A stretch of DNA of 44,190 bases from Parcubacteria group bacterium. Its GTDB lineage: Bacteria; Patescibacteriota; Minisyncoccia; UBA6257; UBA11618. Under the pieces are notes generated by a model. That model worked only from the letters and a program-made list of their open reading frames with translations. It had not been told where the DNA came from and made no database searches. Made by a program: the position numbers and the translations under genes. Positions 42,021-44,190 of this stretch are shown piece after piece (position 1 is the stretch's first letter; every line of letters starts with the position of its first letter). Location: the NCBI GenBank assembly GCA_943357895.1, contig CALRGO010000004.1, positions 1 through 44,190 of the forward strand. The letters run 5' to 3'.

Positions 42021-42518
42021 ATGGCAGTCGTTGTTTTTCCTTTGCGGTTGCGGCATATATTTTCTTTCGCGCGCCTAAAGCGCCAAATCGAATCGTCCGC
42101 GTCGCATCTTGTGGTTTCGGGTGGTGAGCGGCGCGAAAGTGGCTTGCATATCTTGGCGCGTATGGTGATAAGCAGGCGTAAATTACATACGCTTATTGCG
42201 GCAGACGAATCAGGTTTTTTAGGCTACGTCTCGCTCGTATTTCCCCGCTTCCGCAAGCTGCAGGGTAATGCGTATTTAACCGTTTCCGTTAAAGATTCAT
42301 TTCGCGGCAGGGGTATTGGCACGCTTTTAATGAAATCGGCGGAAGATTTCGCTCGTGCTCATAACGCGCGCCGCATCGAGCTCGACGTGCTTTCTAAAAA
42401 CGAGGGCGCCGTCCATTTGTACGAGCGACTTGGTTACGTTATGGAGGGGCGGCGATTGCAGGCGGTGCAGGCCGCGGACGGGTTTGACGACGTTGTTATG
42501 ATGGCTAAGTTCATATAA
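42021..42518 (+). CDS. GNAT family N-acetyltransferase
   Basis: The acetyl-CoA motif RGRGIGTLLM...A is present, with LYERLGYVMEG. TATACT (42009-42014) lies 6 nt upstream of the ATG. Confidence 0.75.
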   Translation: MAVVVFPLRLRHIFSFARLKRQIESSASHLVVSGGERRESGLHILARMVISRRKLHTLIAADESGFLGYVSLVFPRFRKLQGNAYLTVSVKDSFRGRGIGTLLMKSAEDFARAHNARRIELDVLSKNEGAVHLYERLGYVMEGRRLQAVQAADGFDDVVMMAKFI

Positions 42519-42529
42519 CCTTCACTTTT

Positions 42530-43273
42530 ATGAATGTCCGTATCGTAGTGCTCGCTGCCGGCAAGGGAAAGCGTATGGGTATAGAGATCCCCAAGGTGCT
42601 CGTGCCGCTTAAGGGCGAGCCCGTTTTGTATCACATACTGCGTTCGGTGCGAGCTGCGAATATTGATCCCAAGCCTATCGTCGTCGTGGGTGAAAATAAG
42701 CCTCTTATAGAGGCGGCTTTAACTGAGGGTGGATTTACGGCCGAGTATGCCGTGCAAGAGGGGCAGTTGGGAACGGGGCATGCCGTGCGTGCGGCGGAGG
42801 CTGCTGCCGGTAGTGCGGAATCTGTATTAGTGCTCTATGGCGACCATCCATTCGTCTCCCCTACGACTATTAAAAAAATAATCAGCCTGCATGAAGCTGA
42901 GCGGGCGACGCTTACGCTCGCTACGCTCGTTGTCCCTGACTTTGAGGGGTGGCGCGTTTCGTTTGCGGACTTCGGCCGTATTATAAGGAGTGCTGACGGC
43001 GCTATCGAGCGCATTGTGGAGAAGAAAGACGGCACGCCGGAAGAGCTTGCCGTGCGTGAGCTGAACCCTGCATTTTTTTGTTTTAACGGGCTGTGGTTAT
43101 GGCAAAGTTTAGCAAAACTTAAGAATATGAACGCGCAGGGGGAATATTATCTTACGGACCTCGTAAAAATGGCGATGGAGGGGGGTGTAAAAATCAACTC
43201 GCTTTTAATCGACGCGAAAGAAGGTGCGGGTATCAATACGCAGGTGCACTTGGCCGCGGCTGAGGGATTGTAG
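42530..43273 (+). CDS. Sugar-1-phosphate nucleotidyltransferase, GlmU N-terminal (uridyltransferase) domain only
   Basis: It carries VVLAAGKGKRMG..IPKVL.PL.G.P and QLGTGHAV. At 247 aa it ends before any left-handed beta-helix acetyltransferase domain. Confidence 0.75.
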   Translation: MNVRIVVLAAGKGKRMGIEIPKVLVPLKGEPVLYHILRSVRAANIDPKPIVVVGENKPLIEAALTEGGFTAEYAVQEGQLGTGHAVRAAEAAAGSAESVLVLYGDHPFVSPTTIKKIISLHEAERATLTLATLVVPDFEGWRVSFADFGRIIRSADGAIERIVEKKDGTPEELAVRELNPAFFCFNGLWLWQSLAKLKNMNAQGEYYLTDLVKMAMEGGVKINSLLIDAKEGAGINTQVHLAAAEGL

Positions 43274-43279
43274 TGCCTT

Positions 43280-44190
43280 TTATTTTTTGCAGGTCGTATT
43301 CGGCGCAATACGGCACGATAGGTTTCTTGCCATGGCATGGATCAAATCCATAAAGGAGTTATAGACGGAGCCGCCTGTTGGGGTGTAATAGACGGTCATG
43401 CGTATATAATCGATATACGCTTGTGTGGGCACGCTTATAATTGTTGAAATACGCACGCCGAACGTCGTTGCTGTTACAGCAGCGGTACTTGCCGCTGCAC
43501 TACCCCAGAAGCTAGTCGCGTTCGTTGCGAAGCCGTAGGTGGCGACGCCGCCCGCTGAAGACCATACTGCCGCCGATGGATTATTGTTGCCGACAGTTGA
43601 CCCGCCGCTTAGGAGATAAAGAGTTGTATCTTGCGCTGATGCCCCTGGTAAAACACCGCGGTCGATTTCAACGACTATGCCGTTTATCGTTGCCGTTTGC
43701 GGTATTGAGGCGAAGCCGAATCCCGTAACATCTAAATTTGCGGTTTGCCCTGCTCCTCCCGTGGTGGCTATTGCGTTTGCGCTGTCATCGGCATATACGT
43801 TTTCAGGACTCGACCACATGATGGCACCACCGCCGTTATTAGCAGCACTGGTTCCGTAATAGGGCCCCATAGACGTCCCCGACCCGCCACCCGAAGACTC
43901 TGAATCCCCCGTACCATGCGTCCCCGGCTGCACCAAAGGACGCGCCCTCTGTATGGAAAGGATAGTCGGCGGTGGCGGCGGAGGAACGACCATAATAATA
44001 GGGTCCTCTAGTATACATGCATCACCCCTGTTCCTTGTTATAGATATAGCGACGCTCTGTACGGTAACCTTTCCCGTTGAGTTTTCGCCACCGAGGTCCA
44101 TAAACTTGATTTCAATACCGGCGACATTGAGAAGCTCTGCCGGAGTAACTCCAAAGTTTTGGAAGACGAAACCGTACGGCGTGGCGGTTA
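43280..44190 (-). CDS. C-terminal part of a surface/secreted protein (poly-Pro linker plus Gly/Ala/Thr-rich beta-domain); 5' end lies beyond the window
   Basis: The frame stays open upstream of the track ATG (44101) to the window edge (...TATPYGFVFQNFGVTPAELLNVAGIEIKF-MDLGG...). No known domain recognised. Confidence 0.5.
   Translation of the reverse strand, partial: TATPYGFVFQNFGVTPAELLNVAGIEIKFMDLGGENSTGKVTVQSVAISITRNRGDACILEDPIIMVVPPPPPPTILSIQRARPLVQPGTHGTGDSESSGGGSGTSMGPYYGTSAANNGGGAIMWSSPENVYADDSANAIATTGGAGQTANLDVTGFGFASIPQTATINGIVVEIDRGVLPGASAQDTTLYLLSGGSTVGNNNPSAAVWSSAGGVATYGFATNATSFWGSAAASTAAVTATTFGVRISTIISVPTQAYIDYIRMTVYYTPTGGSVYNSFMDLIHAMARNLSCRIAPNTTCKK

Noticed and set aside
41440-42078. 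212-aa plus-strand ORF
   Set aside because: It is antisense to the 280-aa His-tail protein gene and runs into the GNAT promoter. No supporting motif or start context exists.
1-44190. Mobile-element genes (transposase, integrase, phage) and toxin-antitoxin or restriction-modification modules
   Set aside because: No translation in the six-frame track shows DDE, tyrosine- or serine-recombinase, methyltransferase or common TA motifs. Only repeat scars and compositional islets hint at past mobility.

Overview
The window reads as a chromosomal segment from a small-genome, CPR/Patescibacteria-like bacterium. That assignment is an inference from compact housekeeping genes, a type IV pilin, a sortase, a dcw remnant and many secreted proteins. 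I support about 52 CDS, two tRNA-Gln genes (UUG and CUG), one RNase P RNA, several hairpin terminators and several promoter-like sites. I found no rRNA, CRISPR array, transposase or integrase.

The housekeeping backbone is greA, lysS, serS, alr, ychF, gltX, murG, ftsW, mraY, dnaX, pepF, rnhA, pgk, rpmA, rplI, ctpA, def, fmt, sodA, cspA and a GlmU N-domain gene. It is interrupted by visibly AT-richer accessory islets.

Observations most worth follow-up:
1. A perfect 34-bp palindrome occurs three times. Two copies bracket a PaaX/Cas2-like regulator gene, and the third abuts the promoter of a DHH-rnhA-rnpB block.
2. Four co-oriented secreted cysteine-rich proteins have no recognisable domains and share aromatic motifs.
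3. A DUF1761-like gene carries two in-frame TGA codons, in a window where TGA ends only 1 of 52 CDS.
4. tRNA-Gln(CUG) sits in a nest of direct and inverted repeats, next to a roughly 150-nt structured element built from tRNA-end sequences.
5. TAYYCAC heptamer tandem repeats occur in both the sodA leader and the fmt coding region.
6. A -10 hexamer lies 5-7 nt upstream of the start codon at ten loci, suggesting leaderless mRNAs.

Product calls come from motifs I recognise in the supplied translations. No database search was run.
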